In this document: positions 35,950 to 48,044 of the stretch, in pieces
Position numbering within the stretch: the stretch's first letter is position 1
Layout of the letters: each line of letters opens with the position of its first letter
Assembly (NCBI GenBank): GCA_004431415.1
Contig: QPMI01000297.1
Location: 5,571-69,570 of the forward strand
DNA length: 64,000 bases
Direction of reading: 5' to 3'
Origin: Cyanophora paradoxa CCMP329
Lineage: Eukaryota > Plantae > Glaucophyta
Position numbers and translations under genes: made by a program
The notes under the pieces: generated by a model
Told to the model about the DNA's origin: nothing
Seen by the model: the letters and a program-made list of their open reading frames with translations, nothing else
The model's database searches: none

Positions 35950-36139
35950 TCAACTGCCGCGCTGAAGTGCGACCACTGGCCCAGTGGTCTTCTCCAAATC
36001 ACTGAGTCATCCCAATCTGGGAGGGATGGCTCTTTAATCATAGCTGCGTCACGATCTCCGAGGCTCGTTTACGAGAAGACAGTTTCAGAGAAAGGGGTTT
36101 TGTGGTCTCCAGAGAGCCGCTGGCAGGTGCCGATTCTGT
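35950..36139. repeat. Intergenic diverged copy of exon sequence 27735-27894, carrying three 8-bp insertions
   Basis: Alignable from tcaactg...tgaagtgcgacca to gagagccgctggcaggtgccgattctgt in both places. Confidence 0.95.
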
Positions 36140-36327
36140 AGCCCAGACAGGCGTAGTTCACAGATGCAGCTAGCTAATCGCTGAGCCCAGGTGTAGGTCC
36201 ATCGCTGGGCACGTAAATCCACGTGAAAACAGCTCCTCAAAACAGCAATGTAAGCTAACAGCTCGTCAAAACAGCTAGCTGGCATTGTGTGTCACGTCGA
36301 TAATGTAGTGGTACTCACAATCGAATG

Positions 36328-38623
36328 CTAGTCAAGGTCCAAGGGAGCTTCCGAAGCCTGGGCTGAGCCTGGGCTTGGGCGTAGGATGGGGCGAGCTTCT
36401 TCCTGTTGCGGTGGCTGGGAGAACTGGGAGGCGAGGGGGAAACGTGTCGACAAGTTGAAAAGCTCCTCGTCACTCCTCAGCCGGGACGCCAGTTCCCGAC
36501 CGACGAGCTGGTTGTACAGCTGCTGAAGGCGATGGCTGCTTGAAAGGCGATCAGCAGCCAGGGGCCCCAATCCCGTGCCTTGCACAGACTCGCGAACTAC
36601 TGTGTTGAAGAGTGCTATCGTGTCCGAAGGAGTACGCCGCCGTTTCGTGGAATCGCCACCACGATAAGCACAGCTGAAGGGAGCCTGTTTTTGCATATGC
36701 TCCTGTTCGGCGTCATCTTCCGTAATTGTCGCCCGCCAGTAGGCCACATCCTCCTGCACCCAAGCGCGTCATTCACGGGTCCAAGGAATCCAGGGCACCT
36801 GTGTCACCTGCGGTAATTGCGCCACCCAATCTTCAGTGGAGACCGACCGAACCGAAGAATCCTGCTGGTAAGCCTACATCCTCATCAGCTGAAAGATAGG
36901 CCCAAAGCAACAACGAGCCTGGGCACCTGGTATGTTGTGAGCACGTAGTTGGAGATCATATTAGAAGCCATTCCGCCCATCATTCCGATGCCTGAAGGTG
37001 GCTGGCCGGTGCCAGGACCATTCAGATCGCCAAGGATTCCGAAAGAAGATGTCAACTGGTTAACTACAGATCGGATGACAGCTGGGACATCGGAGATGCC
37101 ACCGCGTAGGCATGGGGCAAGCGCCTCCACCCATTCTCCAATCATCCGGGTAACCCATCTCTTCAACGCAGAAGAGAAGGGATGCGGGCTCTCGGGTGTA
37201 GGCAGAAGAGGGTCCGCAAGCAACACAGTGTCCAACAAAGTAGAGAGATGGATGCGAACAACCCCGGCAGTGACACCACGAATGTCACGCCCTGCCACAA
37301 TGCGTGCACGAACATCCTGGTGACAGAATCCGTAAGAAATGGCCTCGCATCTTGGAAAGCCTCGTACCTCAGGGAGTGCTGTGTCAGCAACCGAGTCCAA
37401 AAGCCCCCCAACGAGGTCATCTACTGCTTCACGGCGCCGAGCAGGACTCCGATCATTCTCGAGCAAATCTTCAAGAGCGTGGCGGCGCAGGGGTTCCTGC
37501 AGCCGCTCAAGCGGAGCCATGTTTCCACCAACAACCTGAATCGCAGGTTCTCAGAAGCAGGCCACGAACACGTCAGGGGGCATAAAGTACCATGAGCATG
37601 TCAGGAATCGAAAGTGTATCCATTACAACGTTGATGATCCGTTCAACAGGCCCCGCCATCTCTGCGATTCCAAATTAGGTGCAAACTTCGCTCTTTGCCT
37701 TGCCATGCACACCTGAATCGTCAAGAATACCCTCTGCGTCCAAACCCCTGGCAATGTTCCGGACCATTGAGCTGAGTGATGTTGGGCCGCTTTCAGTCGA
37801 CCCTTGAGGGGCCCCCGCATTGCTCGCAACTCCAGATATCATCTGCATCATTTGAGGAAGCATTTGCTGCATCAGGCGAGCAATGTCAGGCTGAGCAGGC
37901 CGAGGTTGTTCCGAATGACTCCGAGGAGTCTGCTGGGGCGAGCTCTGCAGGTTTGACGATGTTGAGTTTGCCGACTGCTGCCCTTGATTCGTTGTCGGAG
38001 ATGCCCCAACAGCCTGTGCATTTACCGCAGGTGCTCCCTATCGATCTATTAATGCTGTGGTGCGATGATTCATGCAAAAGTCCACACACCTGAGGGGCTA
38101 AGCCGCCTGTGAAAGCTTGGAAGAGGGAGGCAAGATTCGGCGCAGGGTGCTGGCCAGGAGCCTGTGGCTGCCCTGCCTGACCAGCTGATGATGGTAACCT
38201 TTAGCAAGGCATTTGCGAAGAGCAGAAAGGGGTACGAAGCACCTGGGCCGAGGAGAGACCCCACCATCTGAAACATTCCAGCAAGCGGATTAGGCTGAGG
38301 GGTGCCACTACCAGGCATGGCACCTGCGTGGCAAAATCCGATATCAGTTTTATGTTCACTCGACGAAGTCATGTCGTACCCTGGCCTCCCAGCAGTCCTG
38401 TGATGAGATTGGAAAGGTTTGGAGGAATAGGCGGCGGAGCAGCAGGCATCTGCCCTGGCTGGGGTGGGTGAGCAGGAGCTCCATAGGTCGAAGGGCTTGT
38501 CTGCTGTTGCGAGTGCACGTGTGGCTGTTGTTGATTGATAGCCACCCGATCTGGGGCTTGTTGGCGGCTGTCAGCTTGCCCAGGTTGCCCGCTCTGAGCA
38601 TTGGCTGTCGCAGGCGGTGGCTG

Positions 38624-38714
<91 letters not shown>

Positions 38715-40234
38715 TGCTGATGATGATGATGATGCGGCTGCTGCTGCTGCTGCTGATGCAGTTGCTGATGCAGCTGCTGCTGCTGTTGAAAGAATGGCTG
38801 TGCAAACGGCGTGCCGTGCTGCGCCTGCCCAGGGCCATTGTGGACGATGTGGATTGTATGGCGCCCAGCAACATTTCCAACAGCTGGTTGTCCGGGAACT
38901 GTACCAGGCGGCATTCCAGGCACATGCACATGCTGTCCGTCAGCTTGGATGTGAATGGCGATGTTCTGCCCGGCAGGGAAGTGGATCTGCGCCTCCCCAG
39001 GGCGTTCACGCATATCTGCCCGAGCACAAGAGCGTTTCAAGAACAGGTGCACGGGAAAGACGAACACGAGGTGCATACCAACGCCCCACAGAAGAGGTGC
39101 AAGACGGGTTAGCGTCACGCCCAGGTTTTGAATGACGGGAGCCAGCTGCCGAGCAATCTCCTGCGTGTCTCTCCGCTCTGCAGGGACGACCATCTGGGCC
39201 TCGCTGCTCAAGCGTGTGCTGAGGCGCTCCGCCAGCCTGTAGATTGGATTCAGAGAGGAGCAAGAAGATAGCAAAACCCGGGGCAAGCCGCACCGTTGCG
39301 ATCGTGTCAAAACAGGCTCTAGCGCTTGTAATACCGTCCTAAGAAGCTCAGGGTGGTTCGCCGACGGCAATGGTGCCGTAGTCACAGGCTGATTCGCTGA
39401 TGGTGGGACTCCATCGAGATGGGCCGTAATACGCTCAAGCATAATCCTGATTTGATTCAACTCCATGCTCGCGAAGGCCCCAGGCGGGGGCGCGGCGGGG
39501 GCTGGCTGCTGGCTTCGGGGCGCGCCAGGCGGGGGCGCGGGTGGGGCCGCAGCATGCGCGCCCTGAGGGACCGCGCCGACAGGAAATTGAGGAAATCCCC
39601 CCATCGTATTCAAGACGTCGGTGACAATCTGCAGGGTCGCTTAATGCCGGCGGAGCGCCGCATTCAATACGACACAATACGGACCCGCCCGATATCCGGC
39701 ACCTGGCCTTCTGGGAGGTTGATTGCTCCCATCACTATACCTGGTCCAGGCACCACTCCGGCGACGCTCGGGGCCGCACCCGGCGCAGACCGCGCTTGTG
39801 GAGATGGCTCGTTCACAGAGTGAGACGGGTTTGAGTTGGCGGGGCGCGAAATGAGGTGTATTGTGTGGCCATCCTTTACACCTGACCGGGCGTTCGTCTG
39901 ACATCTAAGCGAAGGGCGCGGACGTGCACACCGGCCGCAGAGAGGAGCCCGTCGCGGAGGACTCGACCTTGAAAGATGAGGCGCTGTTGGTCGGGCGCGA
40001 CGTTCGCTTGTGCGGCGATGCGCTCTTTCAGAGCGCCGATGTCAATCTGCACCTTCAATGAGCGACCGCTTATAATGGAGCAGGAGACGGCGCACGTCTT
40101 TGTGAACGCGCAGCTTGAACGAGCTTGCATCGAGCATTCGGATGGTAACCTCCACGTCCGCGCCATCTGACGGGAGCGGGCATCAGCGCGCGCGTGAGCA
40201 GCCGGCAGAGAGTCAAGGCACCGTCAGCCTGCAT
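36328..40234 (-). CDS. BAG6: BAG6/Scythe-like ubiquitin-like-domain chaperone
   Basis: N-terminal UBL (VEVTIRMLD...IGALKERIAAQANVAPDQQRLIFQGRVLRD...DGHTIHL), Pro/Gln-rich middle, C-terminal WRATITEDDAEQ...QAPFSCAYRGG...KRRR and YNQLVGRELASRLRSDEE...RFP, matching the BAG6 C-terminal motifs. Confidence 0.85.
38627..38788 (-). repeat. CAG/CAA/CAT microsatellite encoding a polyQ/polyH tract in BAG6
   Basis: (ctg)n(ttg)n(atg)n on the + strand; in frame in ORF 38369..39613(-). Confidence 0.95.
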
Positions 40235-40415
40235 TCGCTCACGCGAGCGGTCGGGCGTAGGGCTTGGAGCGCAGAAACTCGCGCTCGCAGCACGAGCGGT
40301 CGTCGCCGTCAACGCAGTGACTTCTGTACCCCCAAAAGAGATCGAGTCTCATGACTCTCATCATCGAGATCATTGCGGCGACGTTGTAAGGGTTCATGTC
40401 TAAATGTCAATGAAA

Positions 40416-42293
40416 TTACGAACAGCTGTGGCGACTACAAAAAGCCGCTATCCTGTTGCAAGCCTCTCCAAGCTTGTCCAGGGGGGCACAAAAGACGAGT
40501 CGCACATATCCCTCAAGGCCAAAACACTGTCCTGGGAGTACGAAGACGGACTCCTCAGACAAAAGTTGCCTCGCGAACTGACGATCGTCACATATGCCAT
40601 CAAGCTTTTGAAAATCTATCTCCAGCATGAGGTACATGGTGCCCTGGCAGGGAACCACGCGAAGCCCTGCAATGGCTGTTAAGATACGCCTGGCTTGGAA
40701 GAAAAGCCCAACATACCATTGATTGAGCTCAGCTTTTCTTCCAGAAACATAGCATTCCTCTGCAGCGTTGCTACTGTCTCCCGAAAGAATTCACTCAAGT
40801 TTAGGTCAAATATTTCTGGAAGGACTGCCTGGATGAGCGAACATGGTCCAAGAATGAGCCCAGACAGGCGAGCCAGCCCCTCCCTGATCTGCAGATGCGG
40901 CATCAGCCCCGTCTGGCCCTTGAACTCGGTTCTTGCAACTACGGCGAACCTGCTGGAAAGCCTGGTGTCGATCGTGTATGCAGATCCAACCCATTCGCCA
41001 CCCTGTTGCCACGGTTACCATTTACCACAGGCGGCACAACGAAGCGACAATGGCAGACCAGGGACAATAAACTGTTTGGCAAGCCCTCCAACAGCGAGAA
41101 TCGGAACATTAACCGAGAGGCTTGCGAGGGGATGGAATACAGAGCCCTGAAAGACCATGTCTGCGTAGATCTGACAAGAACAGTGAGCACACAGAAAAAT
41201 ACATCTGATGAACACACCTCATCGCTTATAATAGGAATCCGCAGACTCTCTGCAACTGCAAGAAGATCAAGCAGATGCTCTCGACTGTAAACGCTCCCAC
41301 ACGGGTTCGATGGGTTGTTCAGGACTATTGCGGAAGTGTGCTCGTCGACCAAGCTTGCTAAGTGGGCAAGGTCGATCTCCCAGTTCTGATGGGGCTGGGA
41401 AAAAGATATTCTGATGAGATTTGCAGCGCAAAAGCTAACGGAGAAGCGCACAAGAAGCCTGTAGAAGCGGCACTGTATTGCGTAATGTGTACAAATCGTC
41501 TGGTAGAGTGGAAATGATGGCTTCGGGATCAGAATGTTCTGCCCCGCATTCGCAAGGACCGATATCGCCAAGTCCAGCGCATGGGAGCAGCCGCTGGTAA
41601 GAATGACGTCGGCTGCACACGAAAAAAGTCAGAACACGCCAAATTCGAATCCTTGTGATGCGGGCTGCACGTGCTAGTACCCGCAGTCAAAGGCGACGAG
41701 AGTCTTGAATGACGCTTCGCTACAGCTGCACGTGCGCGCTGATCGCCGGTGGACTGCAAATATCCGTTTGCAGTCGCGCTTCGCGCCCGTTTGACCAGCA
41801 GCTCGGTCACCGCATCCGGCACGACGAGGTTGCCGAATGCCGTTGGGTCGCCTGTGCGCATGCGCACGTTAGGAGTGCGCACGTAGGTTTTTATTTGCAT
41901 ACCGATCGAGAGAGGGATGGTCGGTTTTTCTGGGTTAGGCCGCACGTCCATGCCCTCGAGGACCTCTCTGCGGGACGCACTCGCATGTGAACTGGATGCG
42001 CATGCGATGCGCGTGCAGCCGACAATAGGGAGAGAAACCTCTAGTTAACGGGAGCGGCGCTCGCGTCCCCGCCGCAAGGCAGGCGAAGCCCGGCACGCTG
42101 CCCACGCACGCGCGCTCTGCTAGCGCTGTTCCCGCCGGCGGATGCGCGCATGGAGCGCGCATTAACACAATTCGATCCGCAACGCGCACCGAATCTTGTT
42201 CTGGGTGGCGAGGGCGCGATCCGAGGCCTTGACGCGCCAGGCCGGCTTCTCCGCCGCCGGGCCGGCATCGTCGGGCGGCGGCGGGGCCGGCAT
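40416..42293 (-). CDS. TAT: Tyrosine aminotransferase (PLP-dependent, class I)
   Basis: IPLSIG|[44 protein letters not shown]|[18 protein letters not shown]|WRMGW (PLP lysine), [12 protein letters not shown]. Confidence 0.95.
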
Positions 42294-42525
42294 GCTGCAA
42301 GGCCGCAACTGCAAGGCCGCAATGCTGCAATGCGGCTTCGTGCACGTGCGCTTCCGCGCGATGCGCCCGCCGCGCGATGCGCCTGCCGCGAGATGCGCCT
42401 GCCAGTTCAAGCACGCAGCTCCGTTGAGAGCGCTCGCCTCCGCCGAGTAGTAGCTCGTTGTTTCGCACCCCGCGGTATACCCCCCCAGGGCGGCTTCCGA
42501 AGGGCTTCGGCGCTTCTATTCAACC

Positions 42526-43332
42526 ATGCTCCGCCAGGCAGTCGGTGGACTCGCCCGGAGAGTGAACGGCGTGCGGCACACGACCTCTGCACCCGATGTG
42601 GCTGTCCTCTCTGGAAATCCGGCTGCCACATTGAAGCGGTGCGTGGCCTTCGGCGCCGCCGCTCTAGTTCGCAGCATAGCTGTAGCTGTAGATGTCTCTC
42701 GCGCTCATACCGCGCCCCGCAGGAAGGCCATCATCTACAGGCCGACGCCGAATCCGATGCAGGTGCGCGGTGTGGTCGAGCTCCGAGGTGTTGGGCGACT
42801 CTGTTAGTGCTTGAGAATACTGTCGGCCTGCGTGTTCTGCATCCGTTCGGAACGGCCTTACTGTTTTTGGCTGCTTACACTGCTCGCGCACAGCAAGGGC
42901 GCGGGGACAAGACGCAGCAGTGGAAGCTCCGCTTCGAGCCCGGCCAGCGATGGGTGAACCCGCTGATGGGCTGGACGGTGCATGCAGCCCCCCGGGCCTG
43001 AGCAGCTACGGCTTCTAAGCGATTCCTGCAGTCCACGAACGACACCCTCGGGCAGACGAACCTTTTCTTCCAGAGCCGCGATGCAGCGGTTTCGTACGCC
43101 GAGAGGAACGGTGCGGAACCTGTGTGCCTGCATTAATACGTCTAATGCTCAGCTCGCAATGCAGGTCTCGATTTCACGGTGTGAAGAGCCACGCTCTTGG
43201 ATCCCTGGCCATACCTTCGTCTCACAATCGCTCCTGCAGATCGAGGACACTCCCCAGGAGGAGGAGCACGTCATCCACCCCTACGCCAGCAACTTCAAGT
43301 GGAAGGGCCCGCCGAAGAGCGAGGATGACTAG
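42526..43332 (+). CDS. NDUFS4: Mitochondrial complex I accessory subunit NDUFS4 (18 kDa)
   Basis: Presequence MLRQAVGGLARR; IYRPTPNPMQ|QG...WKLRFE...RWVNPLMGWT|STND...AVSYAERNG...YASNFKWKG. Confidence 0.93.
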
Positions 43333-43397
43333 TAGTCAACATGTATTTTGACGTGACACGCGATATCAGCTAGATGTTTCTGACTAGCTGTGACCTC

Positions 43398-43745
43398 TTA
43401 TTCGTCTTTACTCTTGTCTGTCCTGCTTGCCTTCGGCGGTTTTTGACCTGGGGGCCCAAGGTAGAGCAACAAAGCGAGGATGGGGATGAGTACGACGACG
43501 ATGCCGATGAGGTACTCGTCGGGGAGAAATCCTAGCGAAACGAGAGCAATCGTGGCTCCAAACGCTAGGTACACGGTGGACGCAGAGGGGATGCGAGAGC
43601 GACCAGGATCCTCGTCTTCGCGCATGGCAGCAGCGGCCTGTCGCAGCAGATCCTCGTCGACCTCGGAATTAGCTTCGGATGAGCTCCCCGCGCCCGCGTC
43701 TTGGCAGGACGGCGCGGCTCCGTGCTTTTCTCTGCGTCTCGCCAT
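43398..43745 (-). CDS. Small intronless two-helix membrane protein (115 aa)
   Basis: Clean ATG-TAA ORF with hydrophobic segments VYLAFGATIALVSLGFL and YLIGIVVVLIPILALLLYL. Confidence 0.65.
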   Translation of the reverse strand: MARRREKHGAAPSCQDAGAGSSSEANSEVDEDLLRQAAAAMREDEDPGRSRIPSASTVYLAFGATIALVSLGFLPDEYLIGIVVVLIPILALLLYLGPPGQKPPKASRTDKSKDE

Positions 43746-44178
43746 GGGCGAGGTCGACGAGCGCGAAAAGTGGAGGGCGCTTCAGACAGCGGACGCGGCT
43801 GGACTCCGCCGGATGCGGTGTCTGAGCTGCTGGCTACCAGACCCTGACCCTAACCCTAGCTAGCGCTGGAGCGCTCGCACTGAGCGCCAGGAGCGGAGCG
43901 CTGCGCCGCGCTGAAGCTGAAGCGCTGATAAAGAGGGCTTGTGCGGTGCTGCGCGATGCAGCGGTGCTTTTGTACGGTGTACCCCCTAAACTAATCCGTT
44001 GCCTGCACACTGCCGGTCAACCAGAGGCAGGAAGGCTCACGGGGGACCGGCTCTGGACAAACGTGGCCCGCGGAGCTGGCTTCTGCGCGCCCGGCTGAGA
44101 TCCAGCAAGCGAGATCCAGCGAGTTTGCGGGCCCTCTAGCTGCCGGAGAAACCCGGCCCGCGGATCTGGCTTGCCACG

Positions 44179-47100
44179 ATGGATAGCGATGCACATATGG
44201 ATAGCTTTATGAACAGCCGCGATCTGGACGCCGGAGTTCTCTTAGTAATGACAGTAGAGATCGGCGACGGGTCCGTGCCTGCGGAGTGCCCCCCGCCCTG
44301 CGGACAAGTGCTGAGCGTATGTCATGCGCAATCGCAGGCGCTCCGACAGCATCGAAGTTCGTGCGGGTGACAGTCCCCTCGAGCTGGCCGAGGCGTTCGT
44401 GCGGGCACACAATCTCGGCGAGAGCATCATTCAGCCCTTGGCAGCGCATATTGAGTTCAAGTGCGTGTGCTTTGAAGGTAGTTTCCCCCGCTGACACCTC
44501 CGCCAGCCTCAACGCCGTGGAGACGAGAACGCTGTCTGAAGGCACTGTGCGAGCAGGCACTGCTTCAGCTTCGCGCCCGAAAGCCAGAAAGAAGCCAAAA
44601 CAGAAGCCCAAGTCGGTCGAGGCGCTTATTTCGCGCCTGTACGAGAAACCGCGAAAGAAGAAGGCTGCGCTGGACGCACCTCCCCCTAACCCGGAGCTTA
44701 CGTTGAGGCCTTCCATCAACGAGAGTAGCCGCAGGATGGCTAGCAGTCTGTCGGTGCGATCCGGACTGTGCGCGCTTGCTTTCAAACCTCACGAAGTCCG
44801 CTCAATCAGGGCAAGGTTCATTCACGCCTGTACGCGCGCGCGAACGAGACGCGCAAGAAGATTGAAGAGCGCAAGGCGTGCTGTTTTCTTCGTTCGCGGC
44901 ATGCGGGTCTTCTTACGCACTTGCGCGCAGGTCCAGCTAGAGAAACTCGAGCAGGTGACTATCGAGAGCACTCGCATTCCGATTTCAGAAGTTCGGCCGA
45001 TTTCGATTTCGCTTCCTACTTGATCTTTCGAATTAACGGATCTCGCCAGGTTTCGCGGGAACTCTCGAAGAACCGATTTAGCAAAGACAAGCACACCAAC
45101 TACGGGGCCATGCTGTATGACGATGGTAAGCGCCTGGAGAACTCTCTCATTATCAGAGCTTTCATGCGGTCTTCAGGCATGAAAAAGAAGAGTGAGCTCG
45201 AGGAACTTGCTCAAAAAGAAAAAGAGAAGAAGCAGGTGTGTCATCACAATATGCAGAATATTCAGACTTCATTCTTATGTTCTGTGCAGTATGACCCAGA
45301 ACTCACGCTTCGCCCTAAAATCAAGTCCGTGTCCATTCTCTGGGTTTTATCGAACGCCTCTTATCTCTTCCACAGCCCATCGAGTGTTCGCAAAGATGAC
45401 CCTGCATGGAAGCGCCTCAGTGAACATGCTCGGAAGCTCAAAGTTCATCTGGACCATCAAAAGCTGAAGGTTCACTTCAATCCCCCTTTTTCTTCTGTAG
45501 AATCCGTCTGTGAGCTCTGTCGACAGGAAGAGGAAAAAGAGCTAGCAGAGTGCACTTTCCGCCCAGAAATAAGCCGACGGTCGGCAAAGATGATGGAAGA
45601 ACGCTCTTCTGCGATAAGCACTAATGGCCCATCGTCGCACTTTGACCACCTGTATGAAGAAGCTGTAAAGAGGAGGACACGAGCGGCTATATATGATCAG
45701 TGGCTGCCACCAGAGTGAGTGCCTGCCACACGATCTTTTGCATATGCCCTCTGACTTGTTCGCTCAGTGTCACATTCCATCCAGTAGGCCCTCCTGTTGT
45801 TTATTTCGTGTATTTGGTTTTAGTGCTAACAATCTCCAGAACATTGGGCGTAATTCGCGGAGACCTCGGAATGATTCAGACGATGAAGCTTTTGTGAACC
45901 GGCTTGCTTACTCAAAGTTGGAAAGGGAGCAAATTTTGGATGACCTTCGAGAGCAGGTGAGAGACTCTTGTCCCACACAACAATAACGACAACTTCTTAC
46001 CTTGCTTCAGGTTAACAAGCCAATCGATCCACATACTGGGCAGGTGTGGGGCCTCCTTTTCTTGCTTGGGTACAAGCTGATTTTTTTTCTAGCCCTTGTT
46101 CCGCCCGCGTGTTGGTAGGCCGCCTCGGTTTGAGCGCCCACCAGGGTCGTCAGTTGCTGGTGAGTAGATAGGTAATTGGTCATCCTCTGGTCTTACCTTA
46201 CTTACAGAGCATTTGTACGCTGAGAGGCATGAGTACGCCAAAGCAAGGCAGGATCTCCAGGATAAAGAAGATGAGCGTCTCAAGTCCCTGAGAGAAAAGC
46301 CGGCAACCTTTTCAAGAGAGGTATATAGATGAGCACTAGCCACTCTGGGTACTTTTTTGAAGTGTGTTCCTCACAGGTCTCTAAGCGGCTAAGTGAAATG
46401 CGCAAGCGCAAACGATTGACACAAATCTTTTCCACTCTCGATGCATCTAAGGTATCTCCTTTCAAACGGATCCATTGGTTTCAACTTCTGATTCCTATCG
46501 CACATCAGCGGGGAGTGCTGAATCTGCGTGAAGGTGTGGATGGGTCAGCACTTGATCCGGAAGTCCGAGTGCGTGAGTGCTGTTGTCCTGGCCGAATTTA
46601 TTGCGTGCTTATATTTCATCAGGCCGATATCTTGCCTTTGCTAAAGGATGCCTCGGTTATGGTGAATGCTGTTTCTGGCTAGATATTGTTCTCCAGTCCT
46701 TGCTCTTGGTCTGAACGCAAGGTCTTGATCGTGCAGGTCGACGAACTTTCTCTTGACGAGTTTTGTGCTCTCGTTGACGACTACCTGCGTGCTCAACAAA
46801 ATGGCCCACGATCATGTATCTAAACCCTCTTCCCCTCTCAGCCCTTGGAACCTCTTCAGACCATGTCTCTTTTTCAGACCTTGAGAGGCGAGAGTCTTCG
46901 AAATCCGTACATTCAGAGCCTCCTGGGAAGAAGGTTGTCAAAGCACGACAGAACCTTGTCGATGAGCTTGTGAGCGAGGCAGAGAAATGGGCGATCCGGT
47001 GCTTTCCACCATTTTTTTCCTGTTTGTTGGTCGGCCTAATACGTGCTCATGCAGGAGAGAAGAGAGAAGAAAGGAGCTTGAAGAGCAAGAGATTGCTTTT

Positions 47101-47746
47101 TGCACCTTCAAACCACGGATTTCTGGGAGCCCATCACCATCACGCTCTTCTCCAAGGATGTCCCTCAGCGACAGCATTGCAGGCAGACATCGCATCGCAG
47201 TTGACACGAACTCTGGAGAAGAGGATGAGAGTGCTGGGGCGACAGCAACAGCTCAACCTTCACGCATGACAGAATCGGTTCGTGTGTACAACTTGAAACG
47301 TGAATCAATCGAACATCGAACATGAATTTGTCTCCCCAACTCCAAATCACTGAAGGCTCCTCAGACGCGGAAAAGTCTGGCTGTCATCAACAGACTGAAA
47401 GCCCAGGTATGGATTTTTCATTCTACTTGAGCAGTCTGCAAGGTCTGAGTTGAGCACATAGTACCTGGAGGACTCCGAAGATGAGAGTGAAGATCATGGC
47501 AAGACCAGGTCGTCCGTTCTCCCTGAAGGACGCTATATGTGGAAGCGGAAAGAGGATGACGAGTCAGAGGATGACGATGATGACGAGGACGATAAGGAGC
47601 AAGCGGTGCAGCGGGAGCTTCGAGTCCTCAAGAGGACTGCTGGGCTCGTCTCAAGCAGAGCACATGATGGTTCGCCGGAGTCATTAGAAAATAGCAGGCG
47701 ACAACGCCGCCCTGTATGGGAGTCAGAGGATGACGATGATGACTAG
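44179..47746 (+). CDS. Protist-type protein with repeated (L/C)TF/LRPxI motifs and a degenerate EF-hand
   Basis: LLVMTVEIGDG|...SIEVRAGDSPLELAEAFVRAHNL; repeats ELTLRPSIN, ELTLRPKI, ECTFRPEI, CTFKPRI; LTQIFSTLDASK|RGVLN; acidic tail. Confidence 0.7.
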
Positions 47747-48044
47747 GAAGATATTATGCCCGCCCGAGCTCAACTGCGTAGGCAAATCGAAACCGAGGTC
47801 GAAGTCGAAGATCTATTGCAAATCAAAGACAGGGCACTCGCGACCCGCGTAAGGGGGTAAGGGGGCAAAGGTGCAGAAACTTCGGAAAACATGGGCAATA
47901 TCAGTTCTCTCTCAAATTAACAAACATGGTCTCAAATTCCAGCAATGAAATATGTGCAGTCCGACAAGGTTGCTATCCTAACACATCACTATGTCCTAGC
48001 TAAGATCGCCTAAGATTTACAGGAAAGGAAAGGAAGTGTATAGT

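Noticed and set aside
33217-40234. UFC1 and BAG6 as an ER quality-control gene cluster
   Set aside because: Only a loose functional link, separated by an unrelated enzyme; proximity is expected by chance in a gene-dense genome.
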